DNA of 64,000 nucleotides from an uncultured archaeon (GCA_963799775.1 CAWCYD010000003.1:1248001-1312000), one strand, 5' to 3'; counted from the first letter of the stretch, positions 10,464 through 22,026 are shown. Numbers and translations are program-made. The notes: generated by a model not told the origin, from the sequence alone.

Positions 10464-13400
10464 GAGGGCTGGTCGCTCTTCTGAGAGGGCGCTGGCTTCA
10501 AAGTCTTTCCGCGGGCGTAGAGGCTCCTCGACCTCCTGAGCACCGAGACCGGGTTGTACCAGTTCCACTTGCCCAGGAAGGACATCACTGCCGGGACGAG
10601 GTAGGTCCATCACGAAGAGCGCGTCCACGAGGATCGAGAACGAGAACGCGAATCCGATCTGCTTGAGCAGGAGGTCGCCCGAGAGCATCAGAGCACCCAG
10701 TGAGCCTGCAAGGATCACGGCTGCAGCCGTGATTATCCCTCCGGTGTTCTCGATGGCCCTGATCACCGCTTCGTTCCTGTTGTCGTCCTTGCGGCTCTCC
10801 TCGCGGACCCTCGTGAGGATGAAGATGTTGTAGTCCATGCCGAGGCCGAGAAGGGTGACGAAGAGGAAGAGGGGCGTTATGAAGAGAAGGTCGTAGTTGT
10901 ACAGCGCCTTGAAGACGAGCTCCGTGAGCGCCAGGGTCCAGATGATGCTCATGAGCACGGAGATGAGGGCGAAGAGGGGGAGCACGAGGGAGTCGAGGAC
11001 GATGAACAGGACCAGTGCGACCCCTACGGCAACGAGGGGCACGACCTGGTCGAACTGGGAGGTGGACACCTGCTTCGTGTCGACGATGGAGCCGGAGGCC
11101 CCCCCGAGGAGCACCTGCGCGACGTCTGGCTTGTTGTCGAACCTCAGATGGAGGTAGCTGCGCATCGACTGGGCGTCGTCGAGCGCCTTGGTCGACGACG
11201 GGTCGATCCTGAAGCTCAGGGTGATGAGGGATGTCTTGTTGTCCCTGCCGATGTTCTGGAGGATCGCGCTCCTCGTCTGGGCGGCCTGAGCATCGGTCCC
11301 GCCCTGTATGGCAAGGGAAGAGTAGTTGACCGGGCGGCCGTATGGCATGGTCGGGCCTGTCACGTTGGCCACGTCGGGGTTGGAGCTCAGGTAGTCGGAG
11401 ATGTTCTGGAGAGCCCCCATCTCGTAGGGGTCGAAAACAGTCCCGTTCCACAAGGGCTTCGTGAAGGAGACGACGACGTAGGAGGGGTTCAGCCTTCCAC
11501 CGCCGAACGCGGAGGTGAGGTGGTTCGAGGCGCTCACAGATTCCAGGTTCTTGGGCGCGCCTGATAGGAAGTCGTAGGTCGGGGTCGTCCCGACGTAGAC
11601 GTAGAGCGCAGGGATCGAGACCAGGAGCGCCACGACCATCAAGCTCTTCGCGTGCTTGACGGAGAAGGCGCCGCTCTTGGAGAAGTAGCCCGACCTCGTC
11701 TCCAGCTTCGAGAGGACTCCCTTGGAGTGCGCGGCGAACCGCCTCCCGGAGGTGGGCCAGAAGATCTTCTGCGGAAGGACCGCCAGGAGGGAAGGGACGA
11801 GCGTGAGCGCGATCAAGAGCGCAACCAAGACGCCTAGACCCACCACGATGCCCATGGTCTGGAGGAAGACGACAGAGGTGAACGCCAGGGAGAGGAAAGA
11901 GATGATGACCGTTGCCCCGCTGGTCGCTATGCTCTCTCCCGCCCAGGTGACGGACGTTATGATGGCCTCGTCGGGGGAGAGGCCTCTGACCCTCTCTTCC
12001 CGATATCGCGAGATGATGAAGACGCTGTAGTCCGTCCCGACCCCGATCACGATGGTGAGGAGGATGGTCGGGATCGTAAAATCGACCTTCGCGATGAAGG
12101 TGCCCGCGAGCACGATGAAGACCTGGGAGATCCCGAGAGCGACTCCAATCCCGCTCAGGGTGACGAACGGGGTCACGACCGACCTGAAGAACAACCCCGT
12201 CGCGACGATGAGCAGGCCTATCGTGACGGGGAGGATGAGCCCGAGGTCGCCCGTGGTCGAGCCTCCAAAGTCCAAGGAGACGGCGTCCCCGCCCGTCACC
12301 TGGACCGCGGATATCCCCGAGTTCGAACTGGAGGGGACGCTCGACAGCCCGTTCGGGAGGCCCATCCCAGCGATTATCGAGCGTATGGCGACGACGTTGC
12401 TGGTCGAAGACTGGTTCTCTGTTATGGAGATCAGCGTTGTATTGGAGTTGGGCGAGACGAAAGAGGAGACCAGGGAAGCGATCCGCGGCCCGACCGAGTA
12501 CCTGCTCGGATGGGACGTGATGCCGGCGGCGAGCCCGTCGAGCTGCGCCTGCGCGGGCTTGGGCCCGAGCGTCATCGCCGCCCTGACGAAGGCCGGCGAG
12601 AGCGCGCTGGAGTTTGCCACGTAGCTTGCCGCGAACTGGGTCAGCTTCTGGTTGGAGGTTGTGGCGCTGCCCAAGTACGTCTGAAGCGAATAGGAGTGGA
12701 GGAGGGCGGTCCCGAAACCGACGCTCTTCGGGATGTAGGTAGCAAGGAAGGAAGGAGCCGACTCGTTCACGGCGAGAGAGGCCCGCGCCACGGCGGTGAG
12801 GTTCTGGGTGGCCGGGCTCGACCAGCTCGCGCTCCAGCTCTCGTTGAAGAGGGAGAGCAGGTGGGAGGTGTAATCCTGATACTCCGTGGAGTTCATCTGG
12901 GAGAGACGAGCCGAGGTCAAAGAGTAGGCCTGCGCGTTCGCCGAGTCCACGTCGCGCGTCTGGTTGTAAGCGCCGGACCACTCGCTCAGGTAGAGCGCCG
13001 GGACGCCATAGAGGAGATCGGCGGTGCTGTTGGCCTGGGTCAGAGCCTTTTGCGCCCCCGCATCGGTCCCGTTGAGGATCGGGTAGAGTATCGAGTAGAC
13101 CGTGGTTACGTTCTGGACGCCTTGAAGGGCCTTGTCAGTGCTTACCTTCTCGACCAGCGCGCGTATGGTGTCCTGGACCGGGGGAGTCGTGACGTTGCTC
13201 CCTGTGACCACGACGACCAGGCTGTTGTTTGCCACCGTGTGCGCAAACTGCGCCTGGATGATGTTTGCCGCCCGTGCGGACTCCAGGGTGCTCCCGGATG
13301 CCGAGCCCTGCGAGAGCGAGAGGACGTTTCCCTCTTGGAGCACCGCGGGGATGAGCGCGACGAGGGCGATGATCCAGAAGGCGATGATCACCCTGTGCCT

Positions 13401-13487
13401 CCTTATGACGAGGCCGCCGAGCCGGGAGAAGAGAGTGCCGCGCGAAGCCCTGGCCTTGCTCGTAGGAGAGTTCCCTCTGGTGGTCAG
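10460..13487 (-). CDS. MMPL family (RND) transporter (extra base near 10609; start uncertain)
   Basis: GVGTDYSVFIISRYREE and GLGMDYNIFILTRVREE; corrected C-terminus VRTYLVPAVMSFLGKWNWY. Confidence 0.9.
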
Positions 13488-13696
13488 TGGCTTTGCTCAG
13501 TCCTCGCCTTCCACCGCGGCCCTCGAAGCCGGTTCTTAAGTCTAGGTCGAGAGAATTCTTGGGTCGAGCCGCAGAAGTCTGACCGGCCGCCTCTCTGCCG
13601 GCTGACAGCATCCGGAAGTGTGGTTTCTGAAACCTTAGGAGTTCGGAGGCTTCACGGTCGCGACTTGGGTCATGCTCGGCGCTAGAACATTTGGAC

Positions 13697-13733
13697 GAAA
13701 GACTTATATCACAAAAGTTCGTTTGTTAACGAA
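13697..13733 (+). promoter_or_regulatory. BRE/TATA promoter with downstream inverted repeat
   Basis: GAAAGACTTATATC followed by TTCGTT-N4-AACGAA (13718-13733) just before ORF 13736. Confidence 0.45.
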
Positions 13734-13735
13734 AA

Positions 13736-13948
13736 GTGTCGAATATGATGGGCGATGAAGAGGACCAGAACCTTAGGCACGACGTCAACTACCTACGGTT
13801 CCTGCTCGAATCAGGCCTGAGCGAGGAGGAGATCACCAAAATCGCCAGTGAACAGAACCCGAAGCTCGAGGTGTGCTTCTCTGAAGAGGCGTGCATGAGC
13901 CAGTCCAGGACTCTAGAGACGGGTAAGTACATAGTACTCATCAGCTAG
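13736..13948 (+). CDS. small hypothetical protein
   Basis: 70-aa acidic ORF behind a clear TATA box. Confidence 0.55.
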   Translation: MSNMMGDEEDQNLRHDVNYLRFLLESGLSEEEITKIASEQNPKLEVCFSEEACMSQSRTLETGKYIVLIS

Positions 13949-13973
13949 CAGCCGGAACATACTCCGTGCTGGC

Positions 13974-16125
13974 CTAGTTCGGGTTCGGGATGAAGTAGGA
14001 CTCGATTCCCCTGTAGCGGAACTTGCTCGCCCGTTTGCCTTCGATGGGTATCTTGGTGCCGCAATCCCTGCAACGGTAGTCGGCATCCAGGTTCCAACCC
14101 GTTATCATGAAGCCATGCCTCTCGATTGCTACTGCGTTGCAGCCCGGGCAGTAGGTGTGCTCGTGTGGGTTGCCGGGGACGTTCCCGATGTAGGCGTAGT
14201 TCAACCCTGCTTCTTTTGCTATCTTGTGGTGCTTCTCGAGGAGTTCGTACGGAGTCACCGCGACGTCGAGCAGCTTGTAGTCGGGGTGGAACCTGGTGAA
14301 CTGGATAGGGACATCAGGCCCTAGGTTGTCGTGGAGCCAGTTGCACAGCCGCCTGGCCTCGTCCAGGTCCCTCTCCCACCTGCGGGATGATCAGATCGGT
14401 GAGCTCGGTGTGGATCTTCTGAGCCTTGAGCTCGAGCAGGGTCTCCTTGATGGGCTCTGCGCTCACTGTCATCGTCTGCCTCCTTTGGAAGACCTCCTCC
14501 CCGCTGCCCTTGTAGTCCACGACGACAGCGTCAACGTATCCCTTGATCGCTCGGACGGCCTCGACGGTCCCATAGCCGTTGGTCACGAAAAGCGTGTACT
14601 TGCCTTTCCGATGGGCCTCCCTCGCCGCGTCGATAACGTACTCGACGAAGATCGTCGGCTCGTTGTAGCTGAATCCCACTCCCTCACAGTCGTTCTCCTC
14701 TGCGAGCATCGGGACTCTCTCGGGCGGGACGTCCTCGCCGTAGACGTCTGTCTCTTTGCTGATGGCATGGTTCTGGCAGAAGAGGCAGTTGTGAACCAGA
14801 ATCCCGTCTGCAACGTAAGTGTGACTCGGTATGCATTCGAAGCCGTAAACGGTCGTTGTCTGCCCGGTGGCCTTGACGTCGAGGACTCGAACCCAGTGCT
14901 TGTCATTTTCCATCACGACATTTTTCAGATGAGCCGTAACCAATTGTCCGATGTCGTCGGCGTGGTTGTAAATCGCCGAGCCCGGGATTCTCACTACTTT
15001 CCAGCCGTTCTCCCTCAGTGTGGCGTCCCTTGCAATGTCTCGTTTCTTGATCCGTTCGTCGTTGTAGTGCCACCATCCATCGACCTCGAAATCGAGCTTT
15101 AGCTCAGGAATCGCGGCATCCAGGATGTACTTGGTTTGAGAGTCTTGAAGCATGATTTCAGGTTTCAGGATAAACTCGCGTTCATAGTTGACGCCTAGCT
15201 TGTCGAGTACCTCATACAAGATGAGCTGCGCCTTCGAAGGGTGCTTGTGAAGCGAAGCTCTAAAACGCTCAATGTTCTTGTGGAGACCGTAGTTGGGGTC
15301 GGTCCGAAGCTTCATCCTCACCGTCGCTTTCATTTTCTCGATGGCCGCCGCATCTCTCATCGGATTCCGAGTCTTCATCATCTCTCGGAGTAGGGCGCGT
15401 TGTGATTCGGGCATGACCTGTTCCTCGGCGTAACATCCATTTCTATGCGTAGCCCACGCATTCACGCCTTGAAGTATCGCACCGCACTTTTTGCACTCAA
15501 ATTCAGACGCCCTTTGAGCCGCAATTCTGCTCGCGGAAGGCTGCGCATACACTCTCAAGATGTGGTCTCCGGGTTTGAGGTCCGCGACTTGCGTCCATCC
15601 ACCTCTCGTCAATACCGGATGGTCGCCAGTAATCAATGTCTTCCGACTCTTCTTCTTCTGGGTTGCTTTCGTACCGCCCCACCACACAGCCCAGAGTTCT
15701 GCTTGCCTTGTCCTGATTTCTGTGACGACATTTGGCCGAGGCTTCGACCCGGACATGTCCTCACCTGTTACGTCGTAGGACCATAGCGCGTCGCCCTTTT
15801 CCAGAGTCTCGACGTTCTTTGTCGAGCCATCGGCGAGCGTGATTCTTGTTCCAGCCGGGTGGCAGTGCCAGTTGCAACTGATCGTCCCGACGGTGAATAC
15901 GTGGGTGCCAGGATGGAAGTGGTTGAAAGGTTTCTTCTCTATCGGATCAATCTGCATCGCAGCTAGCTTCCCATAGACGGAGAGGTAGAGCTTCCCCCCG
16001 ACGTTCTTCCTCACGTAGCAGAAGCCGTGCGAGCCTTCCGGGATCGAGCATCTCCGGTTGCACGCGTCACAGACTATCCTGCCTCCGCCGACAGGATGCC
16101 ACAAGATGCCCTCCTTCTCTACCAT
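13974..16125 (-). CDS. amrS: AmmeMemoRadiSam radical SAM enzyme with intein (frameshift near 14370)
   Basis: CDACNRRC, DPIEKKPFNHFHPG, spliced CNWHCLFC motif, SYNEPT, RFHPDYK, YIGNVPG..HTYCPGC. Confidence 0.92.
14788..15864 (-). mobile_element. intein (359 aa) with Zn-finger and DUF559/Vsr-like endonuclease
   Basis: C1 start CHPAGTRITLADG, block B TGDHPVL, end YVADGILVHN followed by Cys; internal FEVDGWWH...RDATLRENGWKVVRI; lower GC than host gene. Confidence 0.92.
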
Positions 16126-16187
16126 CCTCTCTGTTCTGCCCGAATGTGCGGCCCATCCCTATAAGGGCTGTCCCAGTTCTCGAAGTC

Positions 16188-17056
16188 TCATGACTTTGCG
16201 AAGGTGACCGAGGGGTACCCCACGACCGCCGAATTGTCGCCGGTCGTGTCGCCGCTCGTGGCGTACTTGTTCACGACGCCCCTCGCATACCCAAGGAGTC
16301 TGCACGTCTCCATCACGGTCCCAATGGCCCCGTAGCCGCACGCGGTGATGTTTCGACGCTCCAAGGTCGTGTAGAAGGAGTCGAGGTCCAGCGACTGGAC
16401 GTGCTCGAGGAGCGAGGCGTCTTTCTCCCTCGCCTGCGAGGCAGGCTCGTAGTGCGTGAGGTCAGATGAGGCTATCAGGATCGCGTTGACGTCCGCCTCG
16501 CCCGCCTCTTTCAGGAGCTCGGCAAGTCCCTTCGCCAAGTCTCGGGCGATGGATTTTTCCTGAAAGGCAAGCGAGATGGGGAGGAAGCTGAACGAGTTGC
16601 CATAGAGGTGCTGCAGAAAGGGAAGCTGGACCTCGATCGAGTGCTCTCGCCTGTGCGCCAGGGGGTCGATGTCGACGAAGCCGGTCAGATGGACGATCGC
16701 CTTCGAGGCGTCATCGTCGATCGAGACCCTTCCGAGGGGCGTCTCCCATTCCCCTTCGCCATACGTGGCGACGCCGCTCCCAACCCCGTAATGGTTCGGC
16801 CCCACTATGACGACGAGTTCAGGCTCCGAGATCGCGGAGACGTCCAAGTAGCTGTAGGCTGCGACAGGCCCCGAGTAGGCGTAGCCGGCATGAGGGCACA
16901 CGCAGGCCACGAGCCCGCTGGTCTCCCCCGGCTTGACGATGGAGGGGAGCCTCCCGGGGCCGATCTTGTTGAGGTAAGCGTCTTCGATCGCGCGCTTGAG
17001 ATCTGCGGGGTCCGCGGGATAGAAGGCCCTGCGACGGCCGGGCTTCGAACTAGCAT
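16188..17056 (-). CDS. amrB: AmmeMemoRadiSam protein B (MEMO1 family; frameshift near 17027)
   Basis: RSPAVAG(x)FYP, PHAGYAYSG, EHSIEVQLPFLQ, SSDLTHY, ACGYGAI, VVGY. Confidence 0.92.
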
Positions 17057-17127
17057 CCTCGTCGCAGGGCAAACCGCCTCGTCAAACAAAAGGGTTTAAC
17101 ATGAGGCACAGGGCTCGACGTGACAAC

Positions 17128-17745
17128 TTGCCTCTTTCGCTCGAGCAGGGCGCCCGGTTGGTCTCGATTGCAAGAAGGGCAATCGATTCGACGGTCGTCG
17201 GAGGGAAGGAGCCTGACGGCGAAGAGTTCGACTCGCACGCCGACTCCGAGTTCCTGAAGGAACTCCGTGGGGCTTTCGTGACTCTGAACACCACGAACGG
17301 CGACCTGAGGGGCTGCATCGGCATCCCATACCCTGTGAAGCCTCTCGGGGAGGCCGTGGTGCACGCGGCAGTCGGCGCAGCGAGGCACGATCCGAGGTTC
17401 CCGAGGGTCGACGCTTCGGAGCTAGACTCTCTGATAGTCGAGGTCAGCGCGCTGACCCGGCCCGAGCCGTTGGAGTGCAAGGCTGACGAGCTTGCGAAGC
17501 ATGTGAGCATCGGTCGAGACGGACTGATCGTCTCCGCGGACGGGACCAGCGGGCTTCTTCTGCCCCAGGTGGCGACCGAGATGGAACTTACTCCCGAGGA
17601 GTTCCTCTCGCTAACGTGCCGGAAGGCGGGGCTGCCCCCCGATGCTTGGATCATCCCCGGCGTCAAGGTCCACAGGTTCCAAGCAGAGGTGTTCACAGAG
17701 TCGACGCCGCGCGGGCTGGTCGGCGAAGCAAAGATTCACGCGTGA
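17128..17745 (+). CDS. amrA: AmmeMemoRadiSam protein A (AMMECR1 domain)
   Basis: GAFVTL, LRGCIG, DPRFP, GLLLPQVA, KAGLP. Confidence 0.92.
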   Translation: MPLSLEQGARLVSIARRAIDSTVVGGKEPDGEEFDSHADSEFLKELRGAFVTLNTTNGDLRGCIGIPYPVKPLGEAVVHAAVGAARHDPRFPRVDASELDSLIVEVSALTRPEPLECKADELAKHVSIGRDGLIVSADGTSGLLLPQVATEMELTPEEFLSLTCRKAGLPPDAWIIPGVKVHRFQAEVFTESTPRGLVGEAKIHA

Positions 17746-17761
17746 CGTGGGAGGAGGGGCG

Positions 17762-18469
17762 ATGTCGAGAGATGGTCGCGCGGTCTACAGGCGGCAGTAT
17801 ACGTTCATGGACTACATCCTCGCTCTAGTCTTCTTGGTCATCGCAGCCTTCATCTTCTTCTTCGTGACCGAGGTCGCCTTCGAGAAGACGGGGTTCACCA
17901 GGCTCCAGTTCCTTCTCATCCTCGGCGTGGCGCTTGTGGGAAGCTACGTCGACATCCCCGTGTGGCAACTGAGGAACACGAAGCCCACGGTCGTCGTGAG
18001 GGAGGTCAGGGCGTTCTGGGTCACATACAGGATACCTCAGTACGCCTTGACCCAGGTCACCACGACTGTCGCTGTGAACCTAGGCGGCGCCATCGTCCCG
18101 ATCGTCGTCACGCTGGTCCTGCTGAACGCCCACCCTTCCATCTGGCTGGGCGCTCTTGTGGCGACCTTGCTCACTTCCGTGGCTGTGCACGCGGTGGCGA
18201 GGTATGTCGACGGCGTGGGGATAGTCTCGCCCACGCTCCTCCCACCGATCGCGGCCGTCGTCTTCTCGCTCCCCTTCGTCTCGATGAGCTATCTGGCGAT
18301 AACAGCGTACATCGCGGGGACGCTGGGCACGCTCATCGGAGCGGACCTGACGAACCTGGGCAAGATCTCGGAGGGCGGAACACATGTGGCGAGCATCGGA
18401 GGAGCGGGGAAGTTCGACGGGATCTTCATGACCGGGATAGTCGCTGTGCTGATCGCCTCGCTGATCTAG
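17762..18469 (+). CDS. DUF1614 membrane protein
   Basis: AVNLGGAIVP, GTLIGADL, SIGGAGKFDGIF. Confidence 0.85.
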   Translation: MSRDGRAVYRRQYTFMDYILALVFLVIAAFIFFFVTEVAFEKTGFTRLQFLLILGVALVGSYVDIPVWQLRNTKPTVVVREVRAFWVTYRIPQYALTQVTTTVAVNLGGAIVPIVVTLVLLNAHPSIWLGALVATLLTSVAVHAVARYVDGVGIVSPTLLPPIAAVVFSLPFVSMSYLAITAYIAGTLGTLIGADLTNLGKISEGGTHVASIGGAGKFDGIFMTGIVAVLIASLI

Positions 18470-19467
18470 ACCATGCCTGGAGGGGATTCCCTCCGCGTCT
18501 TCGTCCCGAGGATCACCTCCAGGATGTCGGTGACCGTGACCATCCCCCTCACCTTCCCTCCCTCGAAGACAAACGCCATCGTCACACCGCCCGCGCGCAT
18601 CTTGTCCATCACCTTGGCCGCTGTCTCGTCGCTCTCAACGCGGGCAGGATTGAGCATGTAACGGCGGACGTTGTCGCTGAAACCGCCGGCGTCGAAAGCC
18701 CGGAAGAGCGAGCGGAACGTGACAGCCCCCACGTAGGCATTGATCTTTGCGTCGTAGACTGGGAGGTTGGGGTGGTTCGACTTGCCCATCAGACGGAGCG
18801 CCCCCTCCACGGTAGAGTTCGCGTCTACAGCGACTATCTCCTTGATGGGCGTGAGCAGGCCTCCCGCGTTTGTCTTCGAAGAGGCGAGGGCGGACCGGAG
18901 AATCCTTCCGGAGTCGGGCTCGATGTGCCCCGCCTGCTCGAGCTGGATGAGGAGACTCTCGAACTCGTCCACGAGGTCATCGTGCTCGTATCCCGGCTTT
19001 CCCACCACGGCCTCCGAGAGGGACCTGGCCACGCTCGTGAGTGGGACAGCGATCGGAGCCAGAACCGCCAGCATAATGCTCGTCCCGGGAGCCAGGAAGA
19101 GGGCCATCCTTACCGTGTTCTCTATTCCGATGGCCTTTGGGAGGAGGTTGAGGAAGACCATTATCACGAGGGAGACGACGACCACCGTGAATGCCCAGCC
19201 CCCGATCCCAAAGACGCTGGAGAGGATGAGCCCCGTGCTGCCTGTGATTATCACGTCCGCGAAGGTGGAGACGAAGGTCGTCGAGCTGACCAGCTTCGTC
19301 CTCTCAGAAACTATCTTGATCGCCTTGGTCGCCCTCGAGTTCCCTTCGGTGCTCTCCGTCGAGAGCGCCAAGGGCCTGAGCGTGAGGAAGGTGGCCTCGA
19401 CCAGCGACATCCAGAACGAGACGACCACCGCCACGCAGAGCGCGAGGTAGACATACCAGACGACCAT
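18466..19467 (-). CDS. CNNM (DUF21) + CBS domain membrane protein
   Basis: SLVEATFL, NLLPKAIG, CBS pair ending GMVTVTDILEVILG. Confidence 0.85.
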   Translation of the reverse strand: MVVWYVYLALCVAVVVSFWMSLVEATFLTLRPLALSTESTEGNSRATKAIKIVSERTKLVSSTTFVSTFADVIITGSTGLILSSVFGIGGWAFTVVVVSLVIMVFLNLLPKAIGIENTVRMALFLAPGTSIMLAVLAPIAVPLTSVARSLSEAVVGKPGYEHDDLVDEFESLLIQLEQAGHIEPDSGRILRSALASSKTNAGGLLTPIKEIVAVDANSTVEGALRLMGKSNHPNLPVYDAKINAYVGAVTFRSLFRAFDAGGFSDNVRRYMLNPARVESDETAAKVMDKMRAGGVTMAFVFEGGKVRGMVTVTDILEVILGTKTRRESPPGMV

Positions 19468-19542
19468 CTACTGGCGAAAAAATTCTCAACGGGCTAATAA
19501 ACACAAGCGCAATCGTCTGCGGCAGAGCTTGGCGCCTACTGC

Positions 19543-19989
19543 TCATTTCGTGTAGTATAGCGCGATGAAATAGAAGGCGTATGCGCCTATCGCGCTTCCT
19601 CCCATCTGCATCGTGCTCCCTGCCGCCGTGAAGCCGGACAGGACGAAGAAGTATCCGCCCACTCCCGCGACGACGACGGTGAGAAGGCCCAGCGCCGCGG
19701 ACACCTTGACGCTCCTCCGCCGATACCTCAGGGAGACTACGAGCACACCTATCGCGGAGAGCAGGATTAGGAATCCCTCCATCCCGTGCCAGATCATGAA
19801 CAGCCCGCCGCTCACGACGGCCTGGAAGAACCCGCCGATCGATTGCGCCGGCGCCGGAGCTGCCGGCGAGGTCGTCACGAAGACGTTCACAAAGTCCCCC
19901 GTCCACAACTGAAGGGTCAGGAGTATGAGGGTGGCCGCTATCGAGAGACGGAGCGGTCGCCAGCTCTTTGCCTCGAAGCCCCCTTCCAA
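19543..19989 (-). CDS. hypothetical 4-TM membrane protein
   Basis: 148 aa with four hydrophobic segments. Confidence 0.65.
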   Translation of the reverse strand: MEGGFEAKSWRPLRLSIAATLILLTLQLWTGDFVNVFVTTSPAAPAPAQSIGGFFQAVVSGGLFMIWHGMEGFLILLSAIGVLVVSLRYRRRSVKVSAALGLLTVVVAGVGGYFFVLSGFTAAGSTMQMGGSAIGAYAFYFIALYYTK

Positions 19990-20099
19990 CGCCAGACAGG
20001 ACCGGGAGAGTTTGATAATAAATCTGCGTCTGTCCCGGTCCCGAGCTCCGTCTAGTCAACTCGGAACGGGGCCTCCCAAAGGATATATCTCGGCGACGG

Positions 20100-21089
20100 T
20101 TGATGGCGGCGTTGAAAGTCCTCGAATCGATACGCGGAGCGATGGACGAGTTCGATGCCTTCTACGACTCTACCTCCAGACAGGAGACGCCCGATGCTAG
20201 GAAGAGGGCCATCTCCTCGATCGTGCGTGCCAAGGGAGAGTGGGCGACCCCCAACGGGCGAGAGACGATCGCCGGAAAGCTCTCAGACCTCGTCGTGTAC
20301 AGTCTAGAAGAGACACGGGCCATGACCGGCGGGGAGGTCGGGGAGCTCATCCTCGGTGCGCTGGGGACGAACTCTCAGGAGGTCGATTCGGCCATGAGGA
20401 TGAAGATACTCTCGGACAGGCTCGAGCACCTGGTCGAAGACGCGGCGGGCGCGGCCAAGCTGTTCCCGGCGAAGCAGACGGAGGAGTGGGGCAGCCACGA
20501 CATGGTGTACACGAGAGAAATCGACGGATGGGAGGTGACACTCGGCTACTTTCCCGAGTACCTGCGACCGCGGGTGGTGTACGGGCAGGTGGGCATCTCG
20601 CCCCAGATCAGCAAGAGCCTCGCGATGTCGCTAAGGTATCACCTCGCCAAGCATCATCTCGTCTCCAAGAGCGACGAGGACGACTCTGCGTTTCTCACGT
20701 TCATGAAGAGCAAGGAGCTGGACAAGCTTGCGAGCCTCTACAGCATATCCTATGAGCTTCCGCCTATGGGGACGGCCAACCGAGGACAGACGCACAAAGC
20801 GATGGGAGGCTACAGCGTCATGCTCTCGTCCCTCGAGACGGACCTGCGGAACTCGCCATACTCGGCAGAGAAGCTGCTGAGGTCGGTCAACTCGGTCAAC
20901 GTATTCCATGACGACGAAGGGATAGGTGTGCACATGATTGCGGAGTTCCCTAGGGGTCACCCGGACATCGGTCAGAACCTGACGTTCGCTTTTGGCGCTG
21001 ACTTCTTCAAACTCTCGAGGCAAGAGTGGCAGGATTTCAAGAAGATACCTCAGCTCGCGGTCGCTGCCCTCGAGCCGCTGATGGGCTAG
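20100..21089 (+). CDS. hypothetical protein
   Basis: 329-aa ORF, host codon usage, TATA-like GATATAT upstream. Confidence 0.7.
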   Translation: MMAALKVLESIRGAMDEFDAFYDSTSRQETPDARKRAISSIVRAKGEWATPNGRETIAGKLSDLVVYSLEETRAMTGGEVGELILGALGTNSQEVDSAMRMKILSDRLEHLVEDAAGAAKLFPAKQTEEWGSHDMVYTREIDGWEVTLGYFPEYLRPRVVYGQVGISPQISKSLAMSLRYHLAKHHLVSKSDEDDSAFLTFMKSKELDKLASLYSISYELPPMGTANRGQTHKAMGGYSVMLSSLETDLRNSPYSAEKLLRSVNSVNVFHDDEGIGVHMIAEFPRGHPDIGQNLTFAFGADFFKLSRQEWQDFKKIPQLAVAALEPLMG

Positions 21090-21173
21090 GCGAGGCCGCC
21101 CTAGCCATGATGCGCATCGAGCACGTCGGAGTCCCGACGATAGCCGCGATCCAATGACCCGGCCCCGGGTCTC

Positions 21174-21458
21174 TTAGCCCTCTTCGACCACTTCTTCGGC
21201 GCTCCGGACCCGGATGATGCTGTAGGACCATAGGAGACCCTTTTCCTTCATCTGCCTCATGTCGAGGAGCATCCGAGACTTGAAACTCAGACGGGCAGAC
21301 TTCTCAGGGATGTTGATTCCCTGGGTGCGCAAGAGGTTTGTGAACGTCTCGAACGCTTTGGTGTGGACTATGTAGCGATATTCAACAGTACTTTCCCCTG
21401 TTTCGCGCAGAGAAATCGGTTTCTCCACGATGCTACATCGGATATCCTGCATTTGCAC
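21174..21458 (-). CDS. hypothetical protein
   Basis: 94-aa ORF, lower GC, no recognised motif. Confidence 0.45.
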   Translation of the reverse strand: MQMQDIRCSIVEKPISLRETGESTVEYRYIVHTKAFETFTNLLRTQGINIPEKSARLSFKSRMLLDMRQMKEKGLLWSYSIIRVRSAEEVVEEG

Positions 21459-21564
21459 TGCTTTAAAGCGTCGCTCGGTTAGTTCTGTATCAATCGAATT
21501 GCCTAAAATCGTCCTCCCGGGGGCCTCGCGAAAGTGGTTTCTGACAAATCCCCGGTGTCTAGCC

Positions 21565-22026
21565 CTACTCGCTGAGGGCCTTGTTGCTCTCGCGAAGACG
21601 GATGCTGAGGGCCTTTAGGAGGTTCATCGCGATGTCACCGTTGGAACGGACGAGGGCTCGGAAGTTCCATATCGGGACGACGATGCAGCTCGTCTCGGAG
21701 ACCGCGGCGACGTCGGAAGACCGGGGACTCCGGTCGAGCAGGGACATCTCCCCGAAGAAGTCCCCCACCCCGAGTTTCGCCAGCACGCGCTGCTTCCTCC
21801 TGACCTCGACGTCGCCCTCGACAATGAGGTAGAAGGCGACTCCTTCTTCGCCCTCGCTCTCTATCACCTTCCCCGGAGGGTAAGACTGCTGCTTTCCGCT
21901 GGTCAGGATCGACCTTAACTGCTTCTCCTTGAGGCCTGAGAAGAGCGGGACGGATCGTATCCTCTCAAGCAGTCCCCTCTCAGATTCGCCGGCCAATACG
22001 AGCCTCGTTTGTTGGAGTTTCGTCAT
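21565..22026 (-). CDS. cyclic nucleotide-binding domain protein
   Basis: GDFFGEMSLLDRSPRSSDVAA. Confidence 0.9.
   Translation of the reverse strand: MTKLQQTRLVLAGESERGLLERIRSVPLFSGLKEKQLRSILTSGKQQSYPPGKVIESEGEEGVAFYLIVEGDVEVRRKQRVLAKLGVGDFFGEMSLLDRSPRSSDVAAVSETSCIVVPIWNFRALVRSNGDIAMNLLKALSIRLRESNKALSE

Noticed and set aside
10585-12981. Long alternative-frame ORFs (798 aa here; also 23157..24599 and 17962..19497)
   Set aside because: R/P/G-rich shadow frames of high-GC3 genes without motifs
9777-13391. Apparent 1204-aa MMPL-DUF998 fusion
   Set aside because: Removing one base near 10609 restores the canonical MMPL end (VRTYLVPAVMSFLGKWNW) with a stop at 10460 overlapping the DUF998 TTG; the fusion is an artefact
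13540-13690. Possible structured ncRNA in the MMPL upstream region
   Set aside because: Only a short GC hairpin; no tRNA, SRP, RNase P or riboswitch features recognised
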